Assembly: GCA_033764315.1 (NCBI GenBank)
Contig: JANRJA010000193.1
Location: 32,001-96,000 of the forward strand
DNA length: 64,000 bases
Source of the DNA: Oculatellaceae cyanobacterium bins.114
Lineage (GTDB): Bacteria > Cyanobacteriota > Cyanobacteriia > Elainellales > Elainellaceae
Reading direction: 5' to 3'
Shown: piece by piece, positions 55,677-63,706 of the stretch
How the letters are laid out: each line of letters starts with the position of its first letter
Numbering within the stretch: the first letter of the stretch is position 1
Position numbers and translations under genes: made by a program
Notes under the pieces: model-generated
Databases searched by the model: none
Seen by the model: the letters and a program-made list of their open reading frames with translations, nothing else
Told to the model about the DNA's origin: nothing

Positions 55677-56571
55677 CGACTGCATAGATGACAAAATCAG
55701 CAAAATCGGTGTAAACATCCGCTGGAGTTGCCCAAGATGGGTCTCCTCCGCCAAAAAAGGTAGAGAAGAAAATCCCATTAATCTGCAACGTATCCACACT
55801 GCGGAATGTTAACCCATCTTCGTCGAGCACTTGATCTCCGTCAAACCAGACTCGAATTTGCCCATCCGTTTGATTGACGTGGTTCAGCACGACTTCCTGC
55901 TCAATGCGATGCCACACTCCTGAGCGAAATCGCCACTCTCCCCGTCCCAGCGAGGTTCCATGTTCAGTGCTGGCAGGTAAGTAAGCATATACTTCTCCAT
56001 CCCCTCGTTGTCGCCACATGTAACGAGTTGAGAAGCCATCTGTGCCCGTGGGAATGACCCGACCACTGGCACCGTCACCCCCAAACAACCCTGGCAACTT
56101 GCCACCTTTGACAAAATCAAAATGATCTGAAAATCGAATATAGTAACTTAGCCGCAATGCCTCATGCGGTGAAATGCCCAGTTCGCCATAAAACTGTCCC
56201 CCACCCACAGGGGCACCAATATTACGTGTAACAGTCGGGCTGGCTGATCCTGCTGGATAATTTGCCCGCAGCACCTGCGAAAACTGACCACTTCTGTCGG
56301 GCACCACTTCAAGATTTTCTAATCCCCAAAAATCGCGATCGCGCTTTTGCCAGTTATCCAGCCAGTTACTCTGATCGAAATCACTCCGCCACAGAATCGT
56401 TTGAGTACTAGCCTGAGTATCGGACTCAGCAACCACAGCAGATGGCATCAGCGTAGGCGATTCACCTAAAACACGGGGCACCATACCTGCACACCCTACT
56501 AGAGTGAGCACCAGAGCGGTGACAAACAGAATGAGATAAGCGATCGCACTCCACTTAAAACGAAAGCTCAT
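55663..56571 (-). CDS. Polysaccharide lyase family 14-like lipoprotein
   Basis: Lipobox LVGC; FDFVKGGKLPGL, FSTRYMWR..G.GEVYAY, FSTFFGG motifs. Confidence 0.8.
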   Translation of the reverse strand: MSFRFKWSAIAYLILFVTALVLTLVGCAGMVPRVLGESPTLMPSAVVAESDTQASTQTILWRSDFDQSNWLDNWQKRDRDFWGLENLEVVPDRSGQFSQVLRANYPAGSASPTVTRNIGAPVGGGQFYGELGISPHEALRLSYYIRFSDHFDFVKGGKLPGLFGGDGASGRVIPTGTDGFSTRYMWRQRGDGEVYAYLPASTEHGTSLGRGEWRFRSGVWHRIEQEVVLNHVNQTDGQIRVWFDGDQVLDEDGLTFRSVDTLQINGIFFSTFFGGGDPSWATPADVYTDFADFVIYAVDVPA

Positions 56572-56908
56572 AGGATGTAAAAGAGAGGGAATTGGTGAGA
56601 GTTGAATAACTAATCGTTCTTAGAGTTGATTTGTCAACGAAAGGTCATGAGGCTTCCCCCAAAGGCTTAGGTCTAGCTCTCCAATACACTCAAACCATGA
56701 GCGTTGCCTTGATTGCCTTGATGTGATCAAACATGTGATCCCATGAACAAGGTCATGAGATGCACGTCGGATCAGTTTTGAAACACATCGACTGTAACAG
56801 ATAGCAACAGTTCCCTATGCTCTTCCTTAAGAGATAAGTCAAATAGTTTTTGTCATCGTAGGATAATTTGGATGCTACTTTGGATGCCCCTGTTTAGTTT
56901 GATAAACG

Positions 56909-57964
56909 ATGACGAATCTACCGCCCTCTGACCCCCAACCCTCCCGCCGCGATCGCGATGAAGTGATTGCGGTTGTCGTTGCATTTGCTGCAATCGGCTC
57001 AATCTTAGCGTGGGGCTTGACCCGCACCAACTCGGGGTTTGACCTGTTCAACACGCCTCTGATCTCAGGAGCGTTTTCTGGCTCTCCCTCCCCCAGTCCT
57101 CAGGTTGACCCATTCACAGCCTCCCCAACCCCCACATCCTCCACAGTGCCGTTTGTCACCCCTGAAGATGCAGAAGAGGGAGAAGATAGCCCCCGCCTCT
57201 TAACCACTGATGAAGAGGGACGGTTAGTTGATCCAACAAATCCATCTGGGGCGATCGTGCCTGTGCCCATTCCCAATCGAGGCGATCGCACTGACAGGCG
57301 CACCTCAGACACCACCGAAGCCGGAGTTGCCCCAGCCACCGTTGGGTCTGATCCTTCAGCCACCCCTTCTCCTGATGCAACCGCATTTCCTGACGTGCCC
57401 TCTAATTACTGGGCTTATCCCTTCATCGTAGATCTATCCAATCGGGGAATTATTGCCGGAACCGAAGATGGCACCTTCCAACCCGATCAGCCCATCACTC
57501 GTGCTGAATATGCAGCATTGCTGCAAAAAATGAATAATCCAGAACGGTTGAATTCCATTACGTTTAACGATCTTCCAGCAAACTATTGGGCAACGCCAGC
57601 GATCGACAATGCCATCAAAACAGGATTCATGCGCGGCTATCCCGGCAATGTGTTTCAACCCAACCAGCCGATTCCCCGGTTTCAAGTGCTGATCTCGCTG
57701 GTGAATGGGTTTGGTCTATCGAACCCTACCAACCCTGACCCAATTGTGGCAAGCTTTAGCGATCGCGCCGAAATTCCCGACTATGCCATTCAACCTATAG
57801 CAGCTGCAACTCAGTCAGGGTTAGTCGTCAACTATCCTGAACGGGATCAACTGCAACCCAACCGCCCCATTACCAGGGCTGAAGTAGCAGCGATCGTCTA
57901 TCAAGCGTTGGTGGCAACCGAGCAGGCAGAACCGATTGAGTCAGAGTATGTGGTGAGACCATAG
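56909..57964 (+). CDS. Membrane-anchored S-layer homology (SLH) domain protein
   Basis: N-terminal TM, P/T/S linker, three SLH repeats (FPDV..NYWA..FQPDQPITRAE and similar). Confidence 0.9.
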   Translation: MTNLPPSDPQPSRRDRDEVIAVVVAFAAIGSILAWGLTRTNSGFDLFNTPLISGAFSGSPSPSPQVDPFTASPTPTSSTVPFVTPEDAEEGEDSPRLLTTDEEGRLVDPTNPSGAIVPVPIPNRGDRTDRRTSDTTEAGVAPATVGSDPSATPSPDATAFPDVPSNYWAYPFIVDLSNRGIIAGTEDGTFQPDQPITRAEYAALLQKMNNPERLNSITFNDLPANYWATPAIDNAIKTGFMRGYPGNVFQPNQPIPRFQVLISLVNGFGLSNPTNPDPIVASFSDRAEIPDYAIQPIAAATQSGLVVNYPERDQLQPNRPITRAEVAAIVYQALVATEQAEPIESEYVVRP

Positions 57965-58004
57965 CCCAAAAGCTCGTCTATCCAACTCTGTAAACCAAAC
58001 ATCA

Positions 58005-58146
58005 CCTGATCGAGACCCGATCGCGGCTCCTGTTGGCAACTATTCTCATGGTCTTGAGATCACCCCAGGAGCACGATACCGGTTTGTTGTTATGTCTTCA
58101 AACACGAGCAGAGAACATCTTGTTATAGAGGCGATCGCAACTAAAA
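58005..58146 (+). pseudogene. Internally deleted RidA/YjgF-family remnant
   Basis: Frame from 58020 reads IAAPVGNYSHGLEITPGARYRFV (RidA N-terminal-like) fused to VMSS..REHLVIEAIA (C-terminal-like); no ATG upstream in frame. Confidence 0.55.
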
Positions 58147-58527
58147 TAATCAACACCGCAAATACCCCAAACACATCCACAAATGAGATAGTTACTCTGT
58201 AGATTTTGGGAGAAGCGATCGCTGGTAGTCCTTACTCAAAAACATTACTTTTAGAGGACTACACGATCGCTTTAATGGGTGTTTGAAAGCCAACGAACCC
58301 TCTTTAATTTAAAGGGGCATGAAAGCCAATGAAGGGGCTTTAAGAGACAACAAAGGGACTCTGAGTGACTTGAATCACACTCTAAGTGGCAATGAATATA
58401 CTTTGATTTGCAACCACCAGATGTTTTATATCATCTCTGGTGCGATCGCCCTCGTGTTTGTTAAATAGAGTGCGATCGAATAATGCAGGAATGAAGAAAG
58501 ATTTTGCCCATCCATCGCGATCGGCAT

Positions 58528-58739
58528 ATTATGCGGAAAGATTCTGCCTCAGATCCGAATTGAGAGTGTTATGCAGAATGTTTTTATATATAGCAGTCCT
58601 AAATCATTTGTGGAATTAGCAGGTTGTGAGCGGCGCACCCCACCGGGGTGCGCCTCTCACAACTCATTTGGGATTGCTATATCAGGCGTCATACAGTAGA
58701 TAGGCAGAAGCTTTCCGTCTAACAATAGTTAAGTTATGG
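58528..58739. other. Palindromic element with integron-core-like boxes heading the cassette array
   Basis: Arms ATTATGCGGAAAGATTCTGCCT (58528-58549) and AGGCAGAAGCTTTCCGTCTAAC (58702-58723), 18/22 complementary; internal GTTATGCAGAA at 58568; GTTAAGT and GTTATGG at 58728 and 58733. Confidence 0.6.
58588..58682. mobile_element. TA-targeting MITE inserted in the palindromic element
   Basis: TIRs ATATAGCAGTCCTAAAT and ATTTGGGATTGCTATAT; internal hairpin GTTGTGAG-C-GGCGCACCCC..GGGGTGCGCC-T-CTCACAAC. Confidence 0.75.
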
Positions 58740-58771
58740 CGAGATCAAGCCCCTCTACTAGATAACCTACA

Positions 58772-59341
58772 ATGTTTGAGGGAAATCAGCCTTCGCTTAA
58801 AAAGAAGACGGGTATGACAAGTGAGTCTTTTGAAGAAATGCTTACGGGAGGGCATCCAAACTCTCTGGGTAGAACACTTGAGGTGGTTGATATCGTGTTA
58901 GCTAATTCCACAAGACTATCGGATTTATATAATTGTTATTTCAGTGCCGATGAAATTGTTCGACTTCGCACCTCTAATGCCATCAAGAGAATATCTTTAG
59001 AAAATCCTGAATGGCTTATTCCATATATTGATAAACTGATTTCCGAAATATCAAATATTCATCAGCCTTCAGCACAGTGGACTTTAGCAAATTTATTTCA
59101 GACTCTTTCAGGCTTTATGTCAGAGTCGCAAAGAAACAATTCAAAGAGGATTCTGCAAAAAAATCTTGAAACTTATACAGATTGGATTGTCTTAAACAAT
59201 ACAATGGACACTCTAAGTAAATGGGCGGAAAAGGACTCAACTTTGAAAGAGTGGTTATTGCCGCATCTGGAAAGATTAGCTCACGATCCCAGGAAATCAG
59301 TTTCAGGAAGAGCTAAGAAAATCAAGGCAAAGCTGATGTGA
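58772..59341 (+). CDS. Cassette 1 gene: HEAT/ARM-like alpha-helical hypothetical protein
   Basis: AT-rich ORF without HIP1, followed by an attC-like site. True start may be ATG 58814 (MTSESFEEMLTGGHPNSLGRT). Confidence 0.75.
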   Translation: MFEGNQPSLKKKTGMTSESFEEMLTGGHPNSLGRTLEVVDIVLANSTRLSDLYNCYFSADEIVRLRTSNAIKRISLENPEWLIPYIDKLISEISNIHQPSAQWTLANLFQTLSGFMSESQRNNSKRILQKNLETYTDWIVLNNTMDTLSKWAEKDSTLKEWLLPHLERLAHDPRKSVSGRAKKIKAKLM

Positions 59342-59381
59342 GACTAAATCAGGGACTTTTGATGAAATCTTATTGTAATCT

Positions 59382-59469
59382 GCATAACAACCCCAATGCA
59401 CATTGACCGCCGTAAGATTATTTGTGAGGGTTTGAGGTTATTCGCAGTAAATGATGAGCATGATTATAC
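59382..59469 (+). other. Degenerate attC site 1
   Basis: GCATAAC 40 nt after the stop, ending ATTATAC (GTTATAC with one change); 88 bp; inner arms partly decayed. Confidence 0.6.
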
Positions 59470-59536
59470 AGCTTTGGCTATTAGTAGGACGTAAGCTAAA
59501 GTTCCTTTCAAATGTTTTGCTCTAGGCTGATATGCA

Positions 59537-60052
59537 ATGGTCGATGATGAGGTTTTTACAGTGCTGCAATTGAGTGAGGAGATAAATCAGAAATTAGAGG
59601 TAACAGCACCTCTAATAGTTTTTTTTGGAATGCTTACAAAAGAACAAATAGCAGTTCTGCCAGTACTAGAGGAGAGGCTTTATGACTTTCCAGAGGGAGA
59701 CTGGATCACAAGTAATGCTCTTGAGGTTCTAGTGCATGCTTACAATGCCCGCTTAAATTCAATCTCAATCCGATTCACGACGCTCCAACACATGCAAGAT
59801 GAGTTAGGCAACAAGAGCATCAAAGATTTAGTCGATGAAAATTTAGTTGATCTTATTGAGCAGCTTGTGTCCATAACTCACAAAATTACGGAAGGGCCTT
59901 TCGAGATTATCGACAATGCAGATATTGTGAGAACTATTGAGTGGAAGAGCCTTCGTCAACTTTCCTCTGCTGTCCAACGGAAGTTAGAAATTCAGTTGAC
60001 GGTCAATACAGAGATTGTGAAAAACTGTGTAGAACAATGGCTTCATCCTTAG
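59537..60052 (+). CDS. Cassette 2 gene: hypothetical protein
   Basis: 171-aa ORF between two attC-like sites; no family recognised. Confidence 0.7.
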   Translation: MVDDEVFTVLQLSEEINQKLEVTAPLIVFFGMLTKEQIAVLPVLEERLYDFPEGDWITSNALEVLVHAYNARLNSISIRFTTLQHMQDELGNKSIKDLVDENLVDLIEQLVSITHKITEGPFEIIDNADIVRTIEWKSLRQLSSAVQRKLEIQLTVNTEIVKNCVEQWLHP

Positions 60053-60063
60053 CAATTAATGCT

Positions 60064-60149
60064 GTATAACAATTCGGCTGGAGTGGATTGGTTATATTCT
60101 TAATGCAGACTTCAAGGTTGCTTACAACCGCTCAGCCGAAATGTTAGCT
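60064..60149 (+). other. attC site 2, well preserved
   Basis: GTATAAC ... TTCGGCTG(G)AGTGG(A)TTG pairing with CAACCGCTCAGCCGAA ... GTTAGCT; two extrahelical bases; 86 bp. Confidence 0.82.
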
Positions 60150-60186
60150 TAGGAATATTGCTTGCTGTTCCCTGATGCAATTGCTC

Positions 60187-60215
60187 TTGCAGTCTTGGTA
60201 TAACAAAGGTATAAC
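60187..60215 (+). promoter_or_regulatory. TA-cassette promoter/operator
   Basis: TTGCAG-N17-TATAAC overlapped by direct repeats GGTATAAC at 60197 and 60208. Confidence 0.65.
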
Positions 60216-60246
60216 TTGAAGGATAGAACTTGCCTCCAAAATCATT

Positions 60247-60483
60247 ATGAAAACTGCAATTTCTCTTCCAGACTCGGTTTTTGATGAGGCAGAAGCACTC
60301 GCTCAACAACTAGGCTTGTCACGCAGTGAGCTTTATACAAAAGCGTTAAAAGCTTATTTGAAAAAGTACAACCGTAACCAAATTCTGCACAAGCTGAATC
60401 AAGTTTATTCTAAAGAGTCCTCTGAGCTAGATCCAGTCATGGTAAAGATGCAGTTTATGTCTCTACCTCATGAGGATTGGTAA
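60247..60483 (+). CDS. Ribbon-helix-helix antitoxin (ChpI/CopG-like)
   Basis: MKTAISLPDSVFDEAEALAQQLGLSRSELYTKAL; stop overlaps the toxin ATG (TAATG). Confidence 0.85.
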   Translation: MKTAISLPDSVFDEAEALAQQLGLSRSELYTKALKAYLKKYNRNQILHKLNQVYSKESSELDPVMVKMQFMSLPHEDW

Positions 60484-60593
60484 TGTATCGGGGAGCAATT
60501 TAGCGGGCAGATCTGCCCATCCGGTAGGTTCAAAACTAGGGTATCGTCATCCTGTCTTGGTCATTCAAGATGATGTTTTTACTCAAAGCCATA
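60483..60593 (+). pseudogene. PemK/MazF toxin pseudogene
   Basis: MYRGAI*RADLP, 1-nt frameshift, PVGSKLGYRHPVLVIQDDVFTQS, then cut by the IS. Confidence 0.8.
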
Positions 60594-60646
60594 AGTAGGT
60601 GGGTGGGATTAATTGTAAGATAGAGCGTTAGCTAAATTCGCCTATT

Positions 60647-61078
60647 ATGCCTGCTCCTTTACGCATTCTTTTGACCGCTGAAGAAGACCGTACTTTAACA
60701 GAACTGCGACTGGCTCAGAACCTTCCCCAGCGCACGCGTGACCGCGCCCACATGTTGCGACTGAACGCTCAGGGATGGAATGTGCCAGCGATTGCGGAGG
60801 TGTTCGAGTGTCATCCTCATACGGTCAGAGCGACACTGCGACGGTGGGAAGAAAAGGGTTTAGGTGGACTATGGGAAGCTCCAGGACGGGGTGCAAAACC
60901 AAAGTGGCAAGCCTCAGACTTGGATTATCTGACGGAGTGTTTAGAGCACGAAACTCGAACCTACAACAGTCTGCAATTAGCCAAAAAGCTGAAACAAGAG
61001 CGGTTAGTCGATTTGAGTAGTGACCGACTCCGCCGACTCCTTAAAAAAAACCTACCGCTGGAAACGGACTCGACATAG
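60647..61078 (+). CDS. IS630 transposase N-terminal HTH part
   Basis: [14 protein letters not shown]....IA...H..TVR..LRRW...GRGAKPKW. Confidence 0.85.
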   Translation: MPAPLRILLTAEEDRTLTELRLAQNLPQRTRDRAHMLRLNAQGWNVPAIAEVFECHPHTVRATLRRWEEKGLGGLWEAPGRGAKPKWQASDLDYLTECLEHETRTYNSLQLAKKLKQERLVDLSSDRLRRLLKKNLPLETDST

Positions 61079-61709
61079 TCATCGTCGCAAACAGGACCCG
61101 GTGCAAAAGGCACGCAAGCAGGCAGACTTAGACACCTTAGAGCTAGCCGCACAGGAAGGGCAGATTGAACTCAAGTATCTCGATGAAGCAGGATTCTGCC
61201 TCTGGAGTCCAGTCAGTTACAGCTATAGTCGAGTGGGAGTGCAGAAACGGATGGAACAAACCCTCAATCGCTATGGCAACCGGATTAGCATTTTGGGTGT
61301 GTGGCAACCGGGAGAACGGTTCGAGTATGCCTTGGCTCAAGGCGGATTCAAGAGCAAAAGCTACATCAAGGTGATGGATTGGATGGCAGACAAAGCCGCT
61401 CAAACCTTGGCAGAAACAGGGCGTATCACGGTAGTGGTGCAGGATAATGGCTCTCTGCATACCAGTCTGTTGGTGCAGCAACAGTGGTCACGGTGGCAGG
61501 AGCAAGGATTATTCATTTTCTTTTTGCCGCCCTACTGTTCGCAGATGAATCCGATTGAAACCCAGTGGCATCAACTAAAAAGTCATGAGATCGCAGGACA
61601 GATGTTTGATAACGAGTACGATTTAGCAATTGCTGTCATGAATGGAATGGAAGCTCGTAGCCAAGCAGGTAGTTATGCACTGGAGCGTTTTATATTTAAT
61701 TACACCTAG
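61041..61709 (+). CDS. IS630 transposase DDE part (reached by frameshift at A8, 61043-61050)
   Basis: [28 protein letters not shown]. Confidence 0.85.
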   Translation, partial: LKKTYRWKRTRHSHRRKQDPVQKARKQADLDTLELAAQEGQIELKYLDEAGFCLWSPVSYSYSRVGVQKRMEQTLNRYGNRISILGVWQPGERFEYALAQGGFKSKSYIKVMDWMADKAAQTLAETGRITVVVQDNGSLHTSLLVQQQWSRWQEQGLFIFFLPPYCSQMNPIETQWHQLKSHEIAGQMFDNEYDLAIAVMNGMEARSQAGSYALERFIFNYT

Positions 61710-61739
61710 CTACTTACCCGTTTAATTTTGTTTAAATGA

Positions 61740-62147
61740 TTACGCTTGACTCGCTTTATAGGCTGCCCAGCCTCCCAAATGAGAGATGTCAACCCAGTTA
61801 TATTTCTCGACTAACTCTTTGGGATATAACATTGCGATCGCCGTTGTGTCGTCTTCCAAAAGCACCTCACTGGGATACATATTGGGCGGTTCCGTAGACA
61901 CCAAATAGTCATACTGCTCAGCTGAGAGTTCATATAACTCACCGGGAATGGAGATGCCGCCTTCATCCACTGCATAAATTGCGGGATGCCAGCCATCAGC
62001 CGCCGCATGTAAACGATATAGCGGTTGGGTTTTTGCGGCTCGAATGAACGTCGCCGACTGGAGATTTTGATGGTCGGGCTGTCCCTGCAATGCAGACCCG
62101 CAGATAAATACTCGTGTGGTTGCCTCTGTTGATTGGCTCACAGTCAC
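61740..62147 (-). CDS. Gamma-glutamylcyclotransferase-like protein (resembles allophanate hydrolase C-terminal domain)
   Basis: VFICGSALQGQPDHQNL, T.P.YRL, IPGELYEL, DISHLGGWAAY. Confidence 0.75.
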   Translation of the reverse strand: MTVSQSTEATTRVFICGSALQGQPDHQNLQSATFIRAAKTQPLYRLHAAADGWHPAIYAVDEGGISIPGELYELSAEQYDYLVSTEPPNMYPSEVLLEDDTTAIAMLYPKELVEKYNWVDISHLGGWAAYKASQA

Positions 62148-62234
62148 TCCTCCATTAACACAATTTTTCGCAAAACCGAATTTTTCGCAAAACCGTATCT
62201 TCGCAAACGGTTTTTACCATTGCAGTACTATAGT

Positions 62235-62251
62235 TTGTATACAGCATACAA
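62235..62251. promoter_or_regulatory. Operator-like palindrome in the divergent promoter
   Basis: TTGTAT-ACAGC-ATACAA; GntR-type appearance. Confidence 0.55.
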
Positions 62252-62275
62252 TATCTTACGGTTTCCATAAAGCAA

Positions 62276-63526
62276 ATGACTACGGCAGTACTTCCAAAAC
62301 TCAGTGTGAATGGCGATCGCCTTAACGACAGCATCAATCGTTTAGCTGAGATTGGCAAGCAGCCCTCTGGCAGTATTTGCCGCCTTGCCTTTACCCCCGA
62401 AGATTTGCAGGCTCGCTATTTTGTGCAGCAGTGGATGGTGGAGGCAGGCATGACCGTCCGTGTTGATGCCGCTGGCAACCTGATTGGCACCTATGCCGGA
62501 ACTGAGGAGATAGCAGCATTAGCAACGGGGTCTCACATTGATACGGTGCCCTCTGGGGGGCGGTTTGATGGCGTTTTGGGGGTGCTGGCTGGCATTGAGG
62601 TTGTCCGAACGCTGAAAGAGAACAATCTGCGACTCAAGCATCCGATTCAAGTGATTATTTTCACTGATGAAGAAAAAACCATGATTGGTTGTCAGGCGAT
62701 CGCTGGAACAGCCCTACTGCAAACTCCAAACCAATATCAACCTGCGGTTGGCAACTCTATTCAAGCTTGTTTAAAAACGTTGGGAGGAAATTGGGACGCT
62801 TTAGCCAGTGCTCAGCGATCGCGCTCAGAGATGGCAGCGTTTGTTGAATTGCATGTAGAACAAGGGGCAGTGCTAGAGCGATTGGGCACTGACATTGGGA
62901 TTGTGCAGGGGGTCGTGGGGATGCACCGTAAAGCCATTACCATTCTTGGACAAGCCAACCATGCCGGAACAACACCGATGGATATGCGCCAGGATGCCTT
63001 GATCGCAGCAGCAAAAATTGTCTTGGCTGTGCAAGAGATTGCCCGTCAGATGCCCAGTCAACCTGTTGCGACTGTGGGGTATTTAAACGTTTCCCCTAAT
63101 GCCGTTAACATCGTGCCGGGACAAGTGGATTTGTCAGTGGATATGCGTGATTTATCCCACGAGTGTCTGATCGAGATGATGGCGCAATTGCAACACCAAA
63201 TGGCGGCGATCGCGGTTGAAACCAATACTGCGATTCAAGTCACGCCCCTATTAGAAGTGGAACCTACCCTAGCCACACCCAAGATACAAACGGCGATCGA
63301 ATCGGTCTGTCAGACCCTCGATTTAAGCTACTGCCATTTGCCCAGTCGGGCTGGACATGACGCAATGGAACTAGGACGCATTACCGATATGGGTATGATT
63401 TTTGTGCCCAGTCAATCAGGAGTGAGCCATTCTGAGGCAGAATATACCTCACCCGAACAATGCACCCAAGGCGCAAATGTCCTGCTGCATACCTTGCTAA
63501 TGCTCGATCGGTTATATGAATGTTAG
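62276..63526 (+). CDS. M20 Zn amidohydrolase (allantoate amidohydrolase / N-carbamoylase family)
   Basis: GSHIDTV, GRFDGVLG, DEE, ELHVEQG, NHAGTTPM, GHDA, GVSH; adjacent to puuE. Confidence 0.9.
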   Translation: MTTAVLPKLSVNGDRLNDSINRLAEIGKQPSGSICRLAFTPEDLQARYFVQQWMVEAGMTVRVDAAGNLIGTYAGTEEIAALATGSHIDTVPSGGRFDGVLGVLAGIEVVRTLKENNLRLKHPIQVIIFTDEEKTMIGCQAIAGTALLQTPNQYQPAVGNSIQACLKTLGGNWDALASAQRSRSEMAAFVELHVEQGAVLERLGTDIGIVQGVVGMHRKAITILGQANHAGTTPMDMRQDALIAAAKIVLAVQEIARQMPSQPVATVGYLNVSPNAVNIVPGQVDLSVDMRDLSHECLIEMMAQLQHQMAAIAVETNTAIQVTPLLEVEPTLATPKIQTAIESVCQTLDLSYCHLPSRAGHDAMELGRITDMGMIFVPSQSGVSHSEAEYTSPEQCTQGANVLLHTLLMLDRLYEC

Positions 63527-63562
63527 GAGGTGAATGGGTGGATGGATAGATGCCCCCATTAT

Positions 63563-63694
63563 CATTCTGTACAGGCGCGATTAATCGCTTCATTTCCTAC
63601 TCCCCATTTTGTACAGACACGATTAATCGCTTCATTCCCTATTCTCCATTCTGTACAGACGCGATTAATCGCGTCTCTTCATTTCCTACTCCCC
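63563..63694 (+). repeat. Three tandem ~42-bp units with REP-like core GTACAGACGCGATTAATCGC
   Basis: Units start at 63563, 63605 and 63647; the third has the full palindrome AGACGCGATTAATCGCGTCT. Confidence 0.85.
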
Positions 63695-63706
63695 AGACGA
63701 TTAACC

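Larger units (their letters stand above)
60594..61714 (+). mobile_element. IS630-family insertion sequence
   Basis: Flanking TA at 60592-60593 and 61715-61716; imperfect TIRs AGTAGGTGGGTGGGATTAA and TTAATTACACCTAGCTACT; split transposase. Confidence 0.9.

Noticed and set aside
57965-58530. Possible integron integrase upstream of the cassette array
   Set aside because: No long ORF or tyrosine-recombinase motif was seen on either strand.
63563-63694. Regularly spaced palindromic repeats resembling a mini-CRISPR
   Set aside because: The intervening sequences are near-identical rather than unique spacers, and no cas genes are present. This is a tandem REP amplification.
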